From the IMG/VR virus record IMGVR_UViG_3300025838_000023, positions 1-64,000 of that record: DNA of 64,000 nucleotides; one strand, 5' to 3'. Below are positions 1 to 9,861 of the stretch, one piece after another. Both the position numbers and the translations under genes were made by a program. Source of the stretch: a virus (taxonomy: Duplodnaviria; Caudoviricetes). Within the stretch, counting starts at the first letter, position 1. Every line of letters begins with the position of its first letter. The notes under the pieces were generated by a model that did no database searches, was not told where the DNA came from, and saw only the letters and a program-made list of their open reading frames with translations.

Positions 1-2
1 AG

Positions 3-308
3 GAAATAAAGGTTTTATTTTCTCTCGTGGATTCCACTTATAACTCTCAACAGTGTCCAAAATGCTATTTGGTACGAAAGACCAATCGAAAAGGGAAAAT
101 ATTTAAATGTAAAAATTGTGGGTATACTACTGATGCAGATCAGAATGGTGCTTATAATGTATTACATAGAAGCAAGTTTCCTGATTTGGGAGTGGAATTT
201 CGTAGTAGAAGGTTGAATCTCAAAAAAGGTTTCTTTTGGAAACCGAATGGAGTTTTTACCTTTGAAGGTGAGGAGCTTAAAGTCCCTCATTCCATACAAA
301 AAGGATAA
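3..308 (+). CDS. tnpB: TnpB-like RNA-guided nuclease, C-terminal part (5' end outside window)
   Basis: Frame open from window start; SQQCPKC..FKCKNCG..DADQNGAYNV zinc ribbon plus RuvC-III motif. Confidence 0.85.
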   Translation, partial: EIKVLFSLVDSTYNSQQCPKCYLVRKTNRKGKIFKCKNCGYTTDADQNGAYNVLHRSKFPDLGVEFRSRRLNLKKGFFWKPNGVFTFEGEELKVPHSIQKG

Positions 309-328
309 AATTCTATATTTTATCTAAC

Positions 329-511
329 TCTGAAGCTCGTAAGAAACATTACAAGATAGTTTCACCAAATAATGAAATAATAGAATTTAAAGGACTTAGA
401 GAATTTTGTAAAGATAATAAATTACATAATCCTACATTCATCGATCTTCTGAAAGGAAGAATCGATGAATATAAAGGTTATACAAGAGTTTCTGATGTTA
501 TCAATCCCTAA
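329..511 (+). pseudogene. Orphan C-terminal fragment of a homing-endonuclease-like gene (NUMOD1-like), cut off by the TnpB element
   Basis: Start-less frame SEARKKHYKIVSPNNEIIEFKGLREFCKDNKL..LLKGRIDEYKGY begins at the element right-end motif. Confidence 0.6.
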
Positions 512-1628
512 CTCTTAGTGTTTTTCCTAACGTAGATATAGCACAAGCATTGTTTTCTATTATAACTTGTTCTACTGCAACATTAGATTGATCACTATAA
601 TTTACAATACAGAACCCATTTTGCCAATCTGCTGCTTGTGAATATATTGGATTGAGGTTTGCTAATGTTCCATTCTCATATACTCTAATATTTTTTCCAC
701 TATCTGAACCAATTCCTGGTATTCTTCTAGCACTAAAGCCAATGCGGTGGCAATGATTTATCACGAGATTCGTAAAATATTTTTCCATCATACCTAATGC
801 ACTTTGTCCAGAACGTTTTCTGGAGACATCACCATGCATTATGATCCAATTAGGAACAAGTTCAACATAATCCACAAGTGTAATTCTTGACCATTCTGCT
901 TTAGGAAAAAATACATTCTCGTAAGATAATGCCTCGATAACTTCAGGAAGGTCTGCCATTTCTCCAATACGATCAGAAAGATATCTCCAATATCGTCCAC
1001 AAGAAGAATTTCCACTATGATTAGAATTTGTTTCATATATTTGTGTATTATATGGAGCAGTAATATCATGTAAAACTTTCAGAAATTTGTGATATTTTTC
1101 TCTTTCTTGTGATAATGAATATGTATATCTAACATCTTTTGGATATTTAGATATAGCGAACATATCTAAAAGATCGCCGTTCAGTACGCATACACTAGGT
1201 TTGAGTTCTTCTACCGCTTTTAAGAAGAGATTTATAGAATTTTGACACTCACAACCGAAATGAAAATCTCCAGCAATTAAAGCGATTTTATTAGGAGTTT
1301 GTATTACTGTTGGTCGAGTTGGAGTGGGGTAATGTATAGGGGCAAGGGAAGCGATAAATTCTTTGATGTCTTCGATTTCCTCTTGTTTTTTGAAGGAGGG
1401 GCGAGTATAAGGGGTTACAGTATTTACAGGGATATCGATATCGTCTTCAATATTATAAGAAGTTGTAGTAGTTGTGGTGACGATTCTATCAACTTTTGGG
1501 ATCATTTCACCAGATATCCATCGACGGACAGTGGAAGGGGAAACATTAAATTCTGTTGCTATATCATTTGTGGAGACACCTTTTAATTTGAGTGCTTTTA
1601 CATAATCTACAATATTTGTTTGATTCAT
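501..1628 (-). CDS. HTH plus calcineurin-like metallophosphoesterase
   Basis: N-terminal HTH (DIATEFNVSPSTVRRW); GDFH, NGDLLD, SNH, HGD, HCHR motifs. Confidence 0.8.
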   Translation of the reverse strand: MNQTNIVDYVKALKLKGVSTNDIATEFNVSPSTVRRWISGEMIPKVDRIVTTTTTTSYNIEDDIDIPVNTVTPYTRPSFKKQEEIEDIKEFIASLAPIHYPTPTRPTVIQTPNKIALIAGDFHFGCECQNSINLFLKAVEELKPSVCVLNGDLLDMFAISKYPKDVRYTYSLSQEREKYHKFLKVLHDITAPYNTQIYETNSNHSGNSSCGRYWRYLSDRIGEMADLPEVIEALSYENVFFPKAEWSRITLVDYVELVPNWIIMHGDVSRKRSGQSALGMMEKYFTNLVINHCHRIGFSARRIPGIGSDSGKNIRVYENGTLANLNPIYSQAADWQNGFCIVNYSDQSNVAVEQVIIENNACAISTLGKTLRVRD

Positions 1629-1774
1629 ATTTCAAGTAATTTATCATATTTTAGAAGGAAATCAAATGGTTGTGAGAAATATTTCATTATTTAGTATAAA
1701 ATACGGAAAATATTACCAAAGAATTAATAAATAATAGTATAACACAGGCATAGAAAGCCGAAAAAAAATAATTT

Positions 1775-2152
1775 ATGAACCTAACTGACCCAAACAACCA
1801 AGAAATGTTTTCGCCACAACAAGGTAATGGCTGGACACAATATCAGAAGCTCGTATTAGCGCAATTAAGCAGACACGAGGAAGATATTGCTAGCATTAAA
1901 GAAGAGATAGTAGATTTCAAAATATTTTCATCTAAGCTTGATCAGAAGTTAGATACATTATTAGAAAAGATTAATGTGATTCGGGATGCGCAGGTTGACA
2001 TGGAAAAATTTACTGAAGAACAGAAAGAGAAATTCCAAAAACAGAAAGAAGAACTAGATCAAATTAAATGGAAGATTGGTGTAGCGACAGTAGTTTCGAG
2101 TTTTATTATTAATGTATTGGTTTTGGGTGCTATTAAATATTGGGTTAATTAA
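1775..2152 (+). CDS. Coiled-coil protein with C-terminal TM helix (holin/XhlA-like)
   Basis: Heptad-rich body, hydrophobic C-terminus. Confidence 0.5.
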   Translation: MNLTDPNNQEMFSPQQGNGWTQYQKLVLAQLSRHEEDIASIKEEIVDFKIFSSKLDQKLDTLLEKINVIRDAQVDMEKFTEEQKEKFQKQKEELDQIKWKIGVATVVSSFIINVLVLGAIKYWVN

Positions 2153-2184
2153 TGATAATTAATGATAAGTAATGATAAGTAATG
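2151..2184. repeat. 10-bp tandem repeat AATGATAAGT, ~3.4 copies
   Basis: aatgataatt aatgataagt aatgataagt aatg directly upstream of ATG 2189. Confidence 0.7.
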
Positions 2185-2188
2185 TCAT

Positions 2189-3067
2189 ATGAAACATTTT
2201 TTTAGTAAATTTATTATATTAGTTTGGATTTTGTTGGTATTTAGTCTTCCAGTATTTTCAGATAATCCGATAATACATGCGATAATGGAAGCTGGTAATC
2301 AGAATGTTTCGGGGCAAAAGATATTTATTACTAGTGGAACTTCTGCTACTGGTCTTGTGGCGTATTCTACATCTGGTGCTACTGCATTAATTGTCAATCA
2401 GGATACAAATTTTACGAATCCTGCATTAGTTATTAGTAGATCAGGAACGATTGGTAGCACATCTTCTTCTCCAACTTTTCTTGTATTAGCATCAAACGAA
2501 ACGCAATGGAATAATCCGGTTTTTAGTGTAGGTGGTTGTTTAGCATGGACTGGTGATAATTATGTAACAATGTGGGGTAATGGTGGTATATCGATTCCTG
2601 GAGGCATATACGATGATCTTGGTGGTGGTCTTATATTGAGCGGTTCATTAGCTATTGATGTTCGTAGTAGAAATTTAGTTCGAAAAGATGGTAGTATATT
2701 GGAATGGAATACAACTAGTGGAAGTAATTCTATTATAACTCAATCATTGGGTGATGTTAGATATGCGCCAACAACAACCACATTACAACTTATTAACAGT
2801 GGAAGTTACACATTACAAAATACGGATAATGGAAAGATTTTAAGATTTTCTTTAACTACCACAGTTTATATTCCTACAGGATTATCGATTGGATTTAATG
2901 TAACCATAATTCAAGAAGGTAGTGGACAAGTTACTTTGGTTCCTAATATTGGAGCCACTATGCACAACAGACAAGGATATACCAAAACTGCTGGACAATG
3001 GGCAGTAGTATCTATTATCTGCACGGATTCTAATATATATGTGCTAAAAGGAGACACTTTCAACTAA
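2189..3067 (+). CDS. Secreted beta-rich protein with tail-fibre-like C-terminal domain
   Basis: Signal peptide; G/S/T-rich; C-terminal SYTL..TDNGK..IIQEGSGQVT..GQWAVVSI..YVLKGD. Confidence 0.55.
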   Translation: MKHFFSKFIILVWILLVFSLPVFSDNPIIHAIMEAGNQNVSGQKIFITSGTSATGLVAYSTSGATALIVNQDTNFTNPALVISRSGTIGSTSSSPTFLVLASNETQWNNPVFSVGGCLAWTGDNYVTMWGNGGISIPGGIYDDLGGGLILSGSLAIDVRSRNLVRKDGSILEWNTTSGSNSIITQSLGDVRYAPTTTTLQLINSGSYTLQNTDNGKILRFSLTTTVYIPTGLSIGFNVTIIQEGSGQVTLVPNIGATMHNRQGYTKTAGQWAVVSIICTDSNIYVLKGDTFN

Positions 3068-3082
3068 ATAATAACAAAACAT

Positions 3083-4093
3083 ATGAAAATAAAAATAATC
3101 GCAATACTAATTTCTAGCATATTAATATTAGCTGGAAACGCACAAACCACAACAGGAACCAATTCTATTGAAGGAACATATAAAGATGTAAAGTTGACAT
3201 TAATACAAAGAGTAACACTAGCCAATGCTATAATTACTGGAACAACAACTGATAGTATTTTATTAAAAGATGCTATATATAATGTATTGCTTATAAGTCC
3301 CATCATACCATTAATGCAAGTAAACCCAACATTAGCGGATAATATTATTAATGATCCTACTTTCGGAGGAAAAATTGATAATAGTGATGGGGTATTAGAC
3401 GCTGCATATTCGTGGAAAGAAAAAACTATTACAAATTTAGATGCTAGGATTTCATATCTACATACACAGATGGTTGCTCATCCTACATTTGGTTGTATAT
3501 ATAATTCATATATAGAAATATACAGTATTAAATCAACTGAGCAATTAAAAGCACAAGATTATAATGGAGTAATATCTACATTAATACCTATAATATCATT
3601 AAATGGTATGGTAAATAATCAGAGATTAAATAATATGATACAAAAGATATTCACAGCTAAATTAGCATTGCGTTCTGCTGATGTATTATCTTGGGCAAAA
3701 TTATTATACCTTATTAGCGATTTCAAACAAAGTCAAATTGGTATTAATGCAGTATCAAGCGCATATCGTGGAATATATGGAAATTTAATTAGAGCAAATG
3801 AATTTATAAAATATCAACAAGATGGAATTGGAACAAATCCATTAGAATCTATACCATTACCTACTGGTATTAATAATAACCAGATATCTAAAATATTGTC
3901 TGGAGATAATATAGGACAACTCAAATCCGCTGTATTTGTGTATTCCGCCGCAGAAAATGGTAAAGCATTAGATGATGCTACTGCGGATGTAGCAAAGGCA
4001 TTACGTAATATTGATGGGAACTTAGTTAGGGCTAATGCATATGTAACAGCACAAACTAGCGGATCGAATTTTGTCATAACTGAACTCCAGTAA
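3083..4093 (+). CDS. Secreted helical hypothetical protein
   Basis: Signal peptide; duplicated GNL(I/V)RAN motif. Confidence 0.6.
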   Translation: MKIKIIAILISSILILAGNAQTTTGTNSIEGTYKDVKLTLIQRVTLANAIITGTTTDSILLKDAIYNVLLISPIIPLMQVNPTLADNIINDPTFGGKIDNSDGVLDAAYSWKEKTITNLDARISYLHTQMVAHPTFGCIYNSYIEIYSIKSTEQLKAQDYNGVISTLIPIISLNGMVNNQRLNNMIQKIFTAKLALRSADVLSWAKLLYLISDFKQSQIGINAVSSAYRGIYGNLIRANEFIKYQQDGIGTNPLESIPLPTGINNNQISKILSGDNIGQLKSAVFVYSAAENGKALDDATADVAKALRNIDGNLVRANAYVTAQTSGSNFVITELQ

Positions 4094-4096
4094 TAC

Positions 4097-4753
4097 GTGA
4101 AATATATTATCACAATTTTATTTTTTGCTATTTCTAATGTAGTTGCGATAGAACCAATAATTCCTATTGCAACTACATTTACAGCAGTATCTAAAACTCC
4201 TGAACAACTTAAAACTCTAGTATCAGCTTTAAGTATACCTCAGTTAATAGAAGTATTTACAGCAGTATCTAAAACTCCTGAACAACTTAAAACTCTAGTA
4301 TCAGCTTTAAGTATACCTCAGTTAATAGAAGTATTTACAGCAGTATCTAAAACTCCTGAACAACTTAAAACTCTAGTATCAGCTTTAAGTATACCTCAGT
4401 TAATAGAAGTATTTACAGCAGTATCTAAAACTCCTGAACAACTTAAAACTCTAGTATCAGCTTTAAGTATACCTCAAACAATACAACTAGAAAGTTCTTT
4501 ATTTATAACTGATATTGAAGCATGGTCAAAATTGAGAGATTTCCTTAATCCAGAACAAACTATAAAATTTAGATTTAGTAGTGGATTAGATACAGAAAGA
4601 GAAGAACTGTTAAAAGCTATTAAAAAATTTGGGTATACACAAGAATTGCTTATAAAAACACAAGCATTAATGCAGAAATATATAATACAATCGCAACAAC
4701 CAAGAATACCAGATGTTAGTAAATTTAAAAATGCAAAAGGAATTATAGAATAA
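4097..4753 (+). CDS. Secreted protein with 26-aa tandem repeats
   Basis: Signal peptide; FTAVSKTPEQLKTLVSALSIPQLIEV x~4. Confidence 0.65.
   Translation: MKYIITILFFAISNVVAIEPIIPIATTFTAVSKTPEQLKTLVSALSIPQLIEVFTAVSKTPEQLKTLVSALSIPQLIEVFTAVSKTPEQLKTLVSALSIPQLIEVFTAVSKTPEQLKTLVSALSIPQTIQLESSLFITDIEAWSKLRDFLNPEQTIKFRFSSGLDTEREELLKAIKKFGYTQELLIKTQALMQKYIIQSQQPRIPDVSKFKNAKGIIE
4177..4476 (+). repeat. Perfect 78-bp coding tandem repeat, 3.85 copies
   Basis: Identical units start at 4177, 4255, 4333, 4411. Confidence 0.95.
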
Positions 4754-4791
4754 TTTTTGATTTTTATAAAATTTCATATAAAATATTAGAT

Positions 4792-5505
4792 ATGAAAAAT
4801 GTATTGGTAGTGACAGCAACGAAAACTGCAACGCTTGACGAATTTCTACAACGACCTTTAGGAAATAGTTTAAAAAATTTATATGATCATTATCAACATG
4901 TTCCTCATTGTAGTTTAGATTTTCAAATTGTATCAAAAAACACAGACGGATTATCTACAGTTTATAATAGATTTCTCATTGAAGAAAATAAAAATAAAAT
5001 TGTATTATTTGTTCACGATGATGTTATTATACAGAGTATTGATTTAGTTGAACAATTAAACAAAGCAATGGAAAGTTTTGATGTTGTGGGACTAGCAGGA
5101 TCATCGGATTTTAAAGTGGGTGATGTTGCTTGGCATCTTCATAATGGGCAATGGAGGGAGCAAGGTAAGCTCTCTGGTATGGTTGGGCATAGTATTGATG
5201 GTAAGTATAATAATTCAGTATATGGCGAAGTTCCTAAGCGATGTGTAGTGATGGATGGATTATTCCTAGCTGTAAATGTAGAAAAAATAATAGAGAAAGA
5301 AGTCAAGTTCCAAGAAGATTTCAAATTTAATTTTTATGATTTAAATTTTTGTTTGGATTGTAATAAAAATGGGTTAAAGCTTGGAACTTGGAATATACCA
5401 GTAACCCATTTTAGTGGTGGTGGAGGAGTAAATGGTTATGGGTCAGAAAATTGGCAAAAAGATGCAGCAATTTTTGTTGATATTTGCAAAGAGTCATATA
5501 AGTAA
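4792..5505 (+). CDS. GT-A fold glycosyltransferase-like protein
   Basis: YN..., LFVHDDV (DxD-like), VVGLAG, DGLFLA, FYDLNFCL, THFSGG. Confidence 0.75.
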   Translation: MKNVLVVTATKTATLDEFLQRPLGNSLKNLYDHYQHVPHCSLDFQIVSKNTDGLSTVYNRFLIEENKNKIVLFVHDDVIIQSIDLVEQLNKAMESFDVVGLAGSSDFKVGDVAWHLHNGQWREQGKLSGMVGHSIDGKYNNSVYGEVPKRCVVMDGLFLAVNVEKIIEKEVKFQEDFKFNFYDLNFCLDCNKNGLKLGTWNIPVTHFSGGGGVNGYGSENWQKDAAIFVDICKESYK

Positions 5506-5511
5506 TGTTAT

Positions 5512-5856
5512 ATGTCAAAGAAAATATATTCAGTCGTTGCAAAAACTACTAAACCAGTTCCTTACAGATTAAGAGATAAAATGGGAAATCTCATTAATGT
5601 CCCTGAAAGATTCGTTATTAACAAAGATATCGAAGTTGTTATGGAATTTACAAACGAAATGGCGCAGGTATTACAACCATATAATTGTAATTCATACTTT
5701 GTTCGTGGTGAATTGTGGAATTTTAAAATTGTAGATCATGAAATTTCTGATGTTGAATATGAAGAATATAAAGATTCTACGCAACATAAACATGCATTAA
5801 CTTTTCAAGATGCTGTAAATCGAGTTATGTACATGGAAAGCCAATATAAAATTTGA
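5512..5856 (+). CDS. Hypothetical protein
   Basis: ORF in gene-dense run. Confidence 0.6.
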   Translation: MSKKIYSVVAKTTKPVPYRLRDKMGNLINVPERFVINKDIEVVMEFTNEMAQVLQPYNCNSYFVRGELWNFKIVDHEISDVEYEEYKDSTQHKHALTFQDAVNRVMYMESQYKI

Positions 5857-5886
5857 TTGGTATTAGCGGATTTTGGCAATTTTTGT

Positions 5887-5892
5887 TAAATA
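5887..5892 (+). promoter_or_regulatory. T4-like late promoter core TAAATA (representative)
   Basis: TAAATA 6-11 nt before ATG here and at 10955, 15556 (+) and 6998, 19566, 40786, 45330, 48845 (-). Confidence 0.55.
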
Positions 5893-5899
5893 ATAGTAT

Positions 5900-6265
5900 A
5901 TGTTATTTAAAGAAAGTAAAAAATTGGAAACTGCATATTCATTAGTTTTGGAATATGGTATGCATCCTGAAGAAAGAGATTTGGATCAACCCACTCCTGA
6001 AGAAAAGGAAGAAGTTAATATTGCATCAGAAAAACATGATTTAAAACATGCAAAAATAGTTTCTAATCTTATCCCTGTAATCCCTTCTGAACATATGGGC
6101 AAGAAACGTTTGACGATTAGTGTTCCGAATGGATGGGATGATCTTAAAAAATTAACTAAAAAAGTTCTCGAATTCGAAGGTGATAATTATACTTTTATTG
6201 GGTGGAATAGTGATAGAAACGAAGCATTCTTTGTAGAAACTCAAAATATTGCTAAAATAAAATAA
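5900..6265 (+). CDS. Putative capsid-internal protein
   Basis: KLETAYSLVLE leader, TAAATA upstream. Confidence 0.5.
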   Translation: MLFKESKKLETAYSLVLEYGMHPEERDLDQPTPEEKEEVNIASEKHDLKHAKIVSNLIPVIPSEHMGKKRLTISVPNGWDDLKKLTKKVLEFEGDNYTFIGWNSDRNEAFFVETQNIAKIK

Positions 6266-6372
6266 TTTGATATATGATTAAACTGATGTAATATCATTAT
6301 ATGGAACCGAAACTACGATAGCGTTCCAGTTTTATCTATATTAGATGAAATTTGTTGGTGATAGTAGTAATT

Positions 6373-6594
6373 ATGCAAAATAGGTTAATTGATTATAAAG
6401 TTGATACAATTCAAGAAACTGTAGATATAATGGTTGCTAATAATCCTGCTTGGAGTTATTGGGATTTCTTATCATACATTAAAAATTTATTAGAAAACCC
6501 ATCTAAAATTCCTCCTGTATATTCTCCATTAGCATTTGAGAAACAAAATTATTATATGTTAATGGATTATATTAGAGTTTCACTACAAAACTAA
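6373..6594 (+). CDS. Hypothetical protein
   Basis: ORF; ATG 6373 preferred. Confidence 0.45.
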   Translation: MQNRLIDYKVDTIQETVDIMVANNPAWSYWDFLSYIKNLLENPSKIPPVYSPLAFEKQNYYMLMDYIRVSLQN

Positions 6595-6629
6595 AAGCCT
6601 TCACAAGAATTATCAAGTGAAGGCTTTTA
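6592..6629. terminator. Bidirectional intrinsic terminator
   Basis: taaaagccttcac / gtgaaggctttta inverted repeat between convergent genes. Confidence 0.85.
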
Positions 6630-6653
6630 TACTTTCGATTAACTAGTTATTAG

Positions 6654-6989
6654 TTATTTTGCAGATACGGATGGCGTTGCAGTAGAAGCATTAAGTTTCT
6701 GAACTGCGAATTCAATAGCCAAATTAACCACACTTGTTCCTGCACTAAGTCCTTGTGCTATAAGTGCTGATTTAATTTGCTCTGCGGCGGCTGCTTGCTT
6801 TTGAACTCCACTCTTCGTAGGATCAGCAGCAAGAGATAAAACAATTTGTTCTGCAATAGGCAAAATTTGTTCTATTCCTTTTGTAGCAGCAGTTTTTAAT
6901 ACAGGAAGAATTTCTGCTAAGAATTCTTTCCCAATCCCTAAGAAGGATGCCAATGCGTTTTCAATCCAATGTATAAATGCGTTACTCAT
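6654..6989 (-). CDS. Small amphipathic protein, LL-H holin-like
   Basis: SGVQKQAAA..IKSAL..G..VNLAIEFAV pattern. Confidence 0.45.
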   Translation of the reverse strand: MSNAFIHWIENALASFLGIGKEFLAEILPVLKTAATKGIEQILPIAEQIVLSLAADPTKSGVQKQAAAAEQIKSALIAQGLSAGTSVVNLAIEFAVQKLNASTATPSVSAK

Positions 6990-7066
6990 ATCAATTATAT
7001 TTATCTCGCTTTGTATAAAATCAAGAGATAATTTGATTTATTTTAAAATTCATATAAAATACATTC

Positions 7067-7603
7067 ATGATTATAGAACCAATTTTTAACGATGCGATAG
7101 AAAATTTAAAATCTTCTAAATTCTCGCATATACATTTAGGTAAAAACTCACTTAGGACAGGAAATATTATAGCATTTGAATCCACAAAGAGATATGCAAA
7201 TAGTTATAATGGATTTGATGATTCTATAAATTTTTTAATGGAAATTCCTGATATTGATGCCTTTGGTGCAATATGTTTTTCGAAATTACTAACAACACAG
7301 ATTGGATATTTGTTGAGTAGTTTATTATTAAAAGAAACTGAGAGTATTTCGATTTCTGATGGAAATATTATATTACAAACTGAAGATAAAATAGTTACAG
7401 AAGAAAATACAGAGATAGATAGATTTCTAATATCTATTACTGATATTAGAAAAGTTACTAATGCTTATATTATACATATTTCAATAGACAATAATGAAGA
7501 AGCAAAAAACCATTTTAATGATATCAAATCTATAATGGATAAAACAGTTGATGCCTTTTATACACTAACAAAGAATACGTTTTTCGAAGCATATAAAATT
7601 TAA
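7067..7603 (+). CDS. Hypothetical protein
   Basis: ORF with sigma70-like promoter upstream. Confidence 0.6.
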   Translation: MIIEPIFNDAIENLKSSKFSHIHLGKNSLRTGNIIAFESTKRYANSYNGFDDSINFLMEIPDIDAFGAICFSKLLTTQIGYLLSSLLLKETESISISDGNIILQTEDKIVTEENTEIDRFLISITDIRKVTNAYIIHISIDNNEEAKNHFNDIKSIMDKTVDAFYTLTKNTFFEAYKI

Positions 7604-7606
7604 ATC

Positions 7607-7861
7607 ATGTACAAATTACAAGAAATCCCTGAAAAAGAAGTTACTCTACAAAATGGAGTAATTGTTAATCCGATTGCAACTTTAAAAGACGAATATGGTG
7701 GAGAATCTCATATAATATTGGATGATCATTGTTATGTTTTATTGAATAGAGTGAATCAATTTAACAGTGATTTCCCACAAGTTAGATTTGCTTTTGTTAA
7801 ACATTGGTATCCAGAAGCGGTTGATGTTATGAAATCTTTGCCTACTCCAATTCGCCCATAA
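7607..7861 (+). CDS. Hypothetical protein
   Basis: Abutting ORF. Confidence 0.55.
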   Translation: MYKLQEIPEKEVTLQNGVIVNPIATLKDEYGGESHIILDDHCYVLLNRVNQFNSDFPQVRFAFVKHWYPEAVDVMKSLPTPIRP

Positions 7862-7862
7862 A

Positions 7863-8525
7863 ATGATAAAAGATACAGAATTGCAGAAAATTTATGAAAA
7901 AATATACTCAACAGATATTTTTAATGAATTTGTGAACATTAATATGGTAGATTGGGATGAATTTTTTTGGGAAGCATCCGATTATGGAATATTCAAAACC
8001 TTGTTAGAAAGTGTCGATAAAATAAAAGAGAACTCACCTACAGCACACGGAAAAGAAGATTCGTATAAGATAATCACAAAAGATGATAAAGAATTTATTA
8101 TAAATTTCAACTATATATCCAACCAAAATTCTAAAATATTTGCATTTGAAGGGCAAAGATATGCAAAAAATGATAAACCTGCTGAAGAATTCTATAAAAA
8201 TCTATCAAATGTTGTGAAATCTGGCGAATTATGTTTTGTAGAATTCCACGATAAATTAAATCGACATACATTAACAGGAGAAGTTAAAGTATCCGCTCAT
8301 GAATTATTTTCGGGATTGAGAGAAGCTGCAATGGATAGTATTACAAACAATTTAGAGAATTTAAAAGGTATCGTTATTAGAATATTCAATAAAGAATTAG
8401 AAAGGAGATTGCATTTTTATACAAGAATTCTAAAGAACGCATTTAAAGATATATTTCCTAATATGTTAGTTGATGATAAAACAGAAAAAGATAGAGGAAT
8501 CACATTATTAGTAGTAACCATTTAA
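7863..8525 (+). CDS. Paralog family A, putative capsid-internal protein
   Basis: W..F..LLE, YKI.T, LCF..F.D, LTG, FSGLR, RRL.FY shared with 21307, 22416, 50618, 60645. Confidence 0.7.
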   Translation: MIKDTELQKIYEKIYSTDIFNEFVNINMVDWDEFFWEASDYGIFKTLLESVDKIKENSPTAHGKEDSYKIITKDDKEFIINFNYISNQNSKIFAFEGQRYAKNDKPAEEFYKNLSNVVKSGELCFVEFHDKLNRHTLTGEVKVSAHELFSGLREAAMDSITNNLENLKGIVIRIFNKELERRLHFYTRILKNAFKDIFPNMLVDDKTEKDRGITLLVVTI

Positions 8526-8558
8526 AATATTTGAATAATTAAAATTCTGTGATATTAT

Positions 8559-9062
8559 ATGAGCATGCAACAAAAATTAATAGATAAGGTATTGGAGCAA
8601 GATAAGAAAATTAAACATCTTGAAAATTATATTGAACATCAGAAGTTGACGAGAGATGAGTTTAATCAATTGGTCAAATCTATTATAACTTGTATTGATA
8701 AAAAGTCGCCACATTTCACATTACAAGAGGATATTGAACACACTCTAGAAGATCATTTAGATACCATATATTGCAAAACTTGTGGCTCTTGTGGTGAAGA
8801 AGGTTGTTGTTCTCCTAGTAGATGTTTATATGGAGAATCGAATGCTGCATCTTATAACGAATTGCTTGAAGAAAATGAAAAACTTCGTATACAAAACGAA
8901 AAAATGGTAGAATTGTTATATACAGTTACTTATGAAGGAAGTATTCGAAAAGGTGAAGATATCAATAAAAGAATCTGGCCTCTGCACAGTTCCACATATA
9001 TCTCTATAATGAGGCTTCTAAAAGAAGTTTATGGTGACAAATTTGCAGAAAAAACAGAATAA
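8559..9062 (+). CDS. Hypothetical coiled-coil protein with Cys cluster
   Basis: CKTCGSCGEEGCCSPSRC. Confidence 0.6.
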   Translation: MSMQQKLIDKVLEQDKKIKHLENYIEHQKLTRDEFNQLVKSIITCIDKKSPHFTLQEDIEHTLEDHLDTIYCKTCGSCGEEGCCSPSRCLYGESNAASYNELLEENEKLRIQNEKMVELLYTVTYEGSIRKGEDINKRIWPLHSSTYISIMRLLKEVYGDKFAEKTE

Positions 9063-9066
9063 ATTT

Positions 9067-9633
9067 ATGATTAAAAAATTACAAAGAAGCGAAGATGTGT
9101 TCATTCAATTTACGGATGATGAATTACAAGAACTGAATATCAAACCTAATGATAAATTTACAGTAAAGGCGTTTGACGATGGTTCCTTTACTCTTACTAA
9201 ATTTGCAAACATAGAGATAGATTTATCAGAATTTGACAGAGAAACGTTAGAACATATAATTCAAATTAGTTGTGATGAAGACATTTCTGTGAATGAAGTA
9301 ATTAGCAATATATTAGAAAAATTTGTGAAACAAAATGATTTAGATAAAGGAGATGAGAATGTATCATCTACAAAATATAACGTAAACCATGAAGAAGTTG
9401 AATTTAATATCAATTGTAAAATGAAAGAACGTTGGGTTCCACATTTTCTTGGTATGCTAAAATATATGGAACAACTTGGTGGATTGGGTGGTTCTAGAAA
9501 AGTTTCAATTTATTCAGATGGAGATGGCGATTTCCGGCCCAAATTTAACTTTGATATTGTATCAGAATTAGCAAAACCAGTTTCAGATGATAATGGAGAT
9601 AGATTATATGACGCAGGGTTAATATGGAAATAG
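9067..9633 (+). CDS. AbrB/MazE-like N-terminal domain fused to a phage domain
   Basis: FIQFTDDELQELNIKPNDKF..DGSFTLTK; C-terminal DGDGDFRP. Confidence 0.5.
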   Translation: MIKKLQRSEDVFIQFTDDELQELNIKPNDKFTVKAFDDGSFTLTKFANIEIDLSEFDRETLEHIIQISCDEDISVNEVISNILEKFVKQNDLDKGDENVSSTKYNVNHEEVEFNINCKMKERWVPHFLGMLKYMEQLGGLGGSRKVSIYSDGDGDFRPKFNFDIVSELAKPVSDDNGDRLYDAGLIWK

Positions 9634-9860
9634 AATCAGTGGAATTAAACTCTGATAATAAAAGAAAATTAGAAGGAAAGTGGAAATGCGAAATATCTCC
9701 ATTCATGAGGCATTATAACGGAATTAATAATACTATAATGATTTCACATGTCAATGGAAAAATCCGAAATGTTACAGGCAAAGTATTTTCTGGAGGATTG
9801 TTAAAAAGAATTTGGAGAAGATATTTGCAAAGAATTGTTAATAAGCTAAATATGTGGTAA
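9624..9860 (+). CDS. Hypothetical protein
   Basis: Overlapping ORF in run. Confidence 0.5.
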   Translation: MEIESVELNSDNKRKLEGKWKCEISPFMRHYNGINNTIMISHVNGKIRNVTGKVFSGGLLKRIWRRYLQRIVNKLNMW

Positions 9861-9861
9861 T

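Noticed and set aside
4177-4476. CRISPR array
   Set aside because: Head-to-tail identical units with no spacers, in frame inside an ORF
6301-6372. Stop-codon recoding (ATG followed by in-frame TAG and TGA)
   Set aside because: All conserved genes are full length in the standard code; more likely local decay
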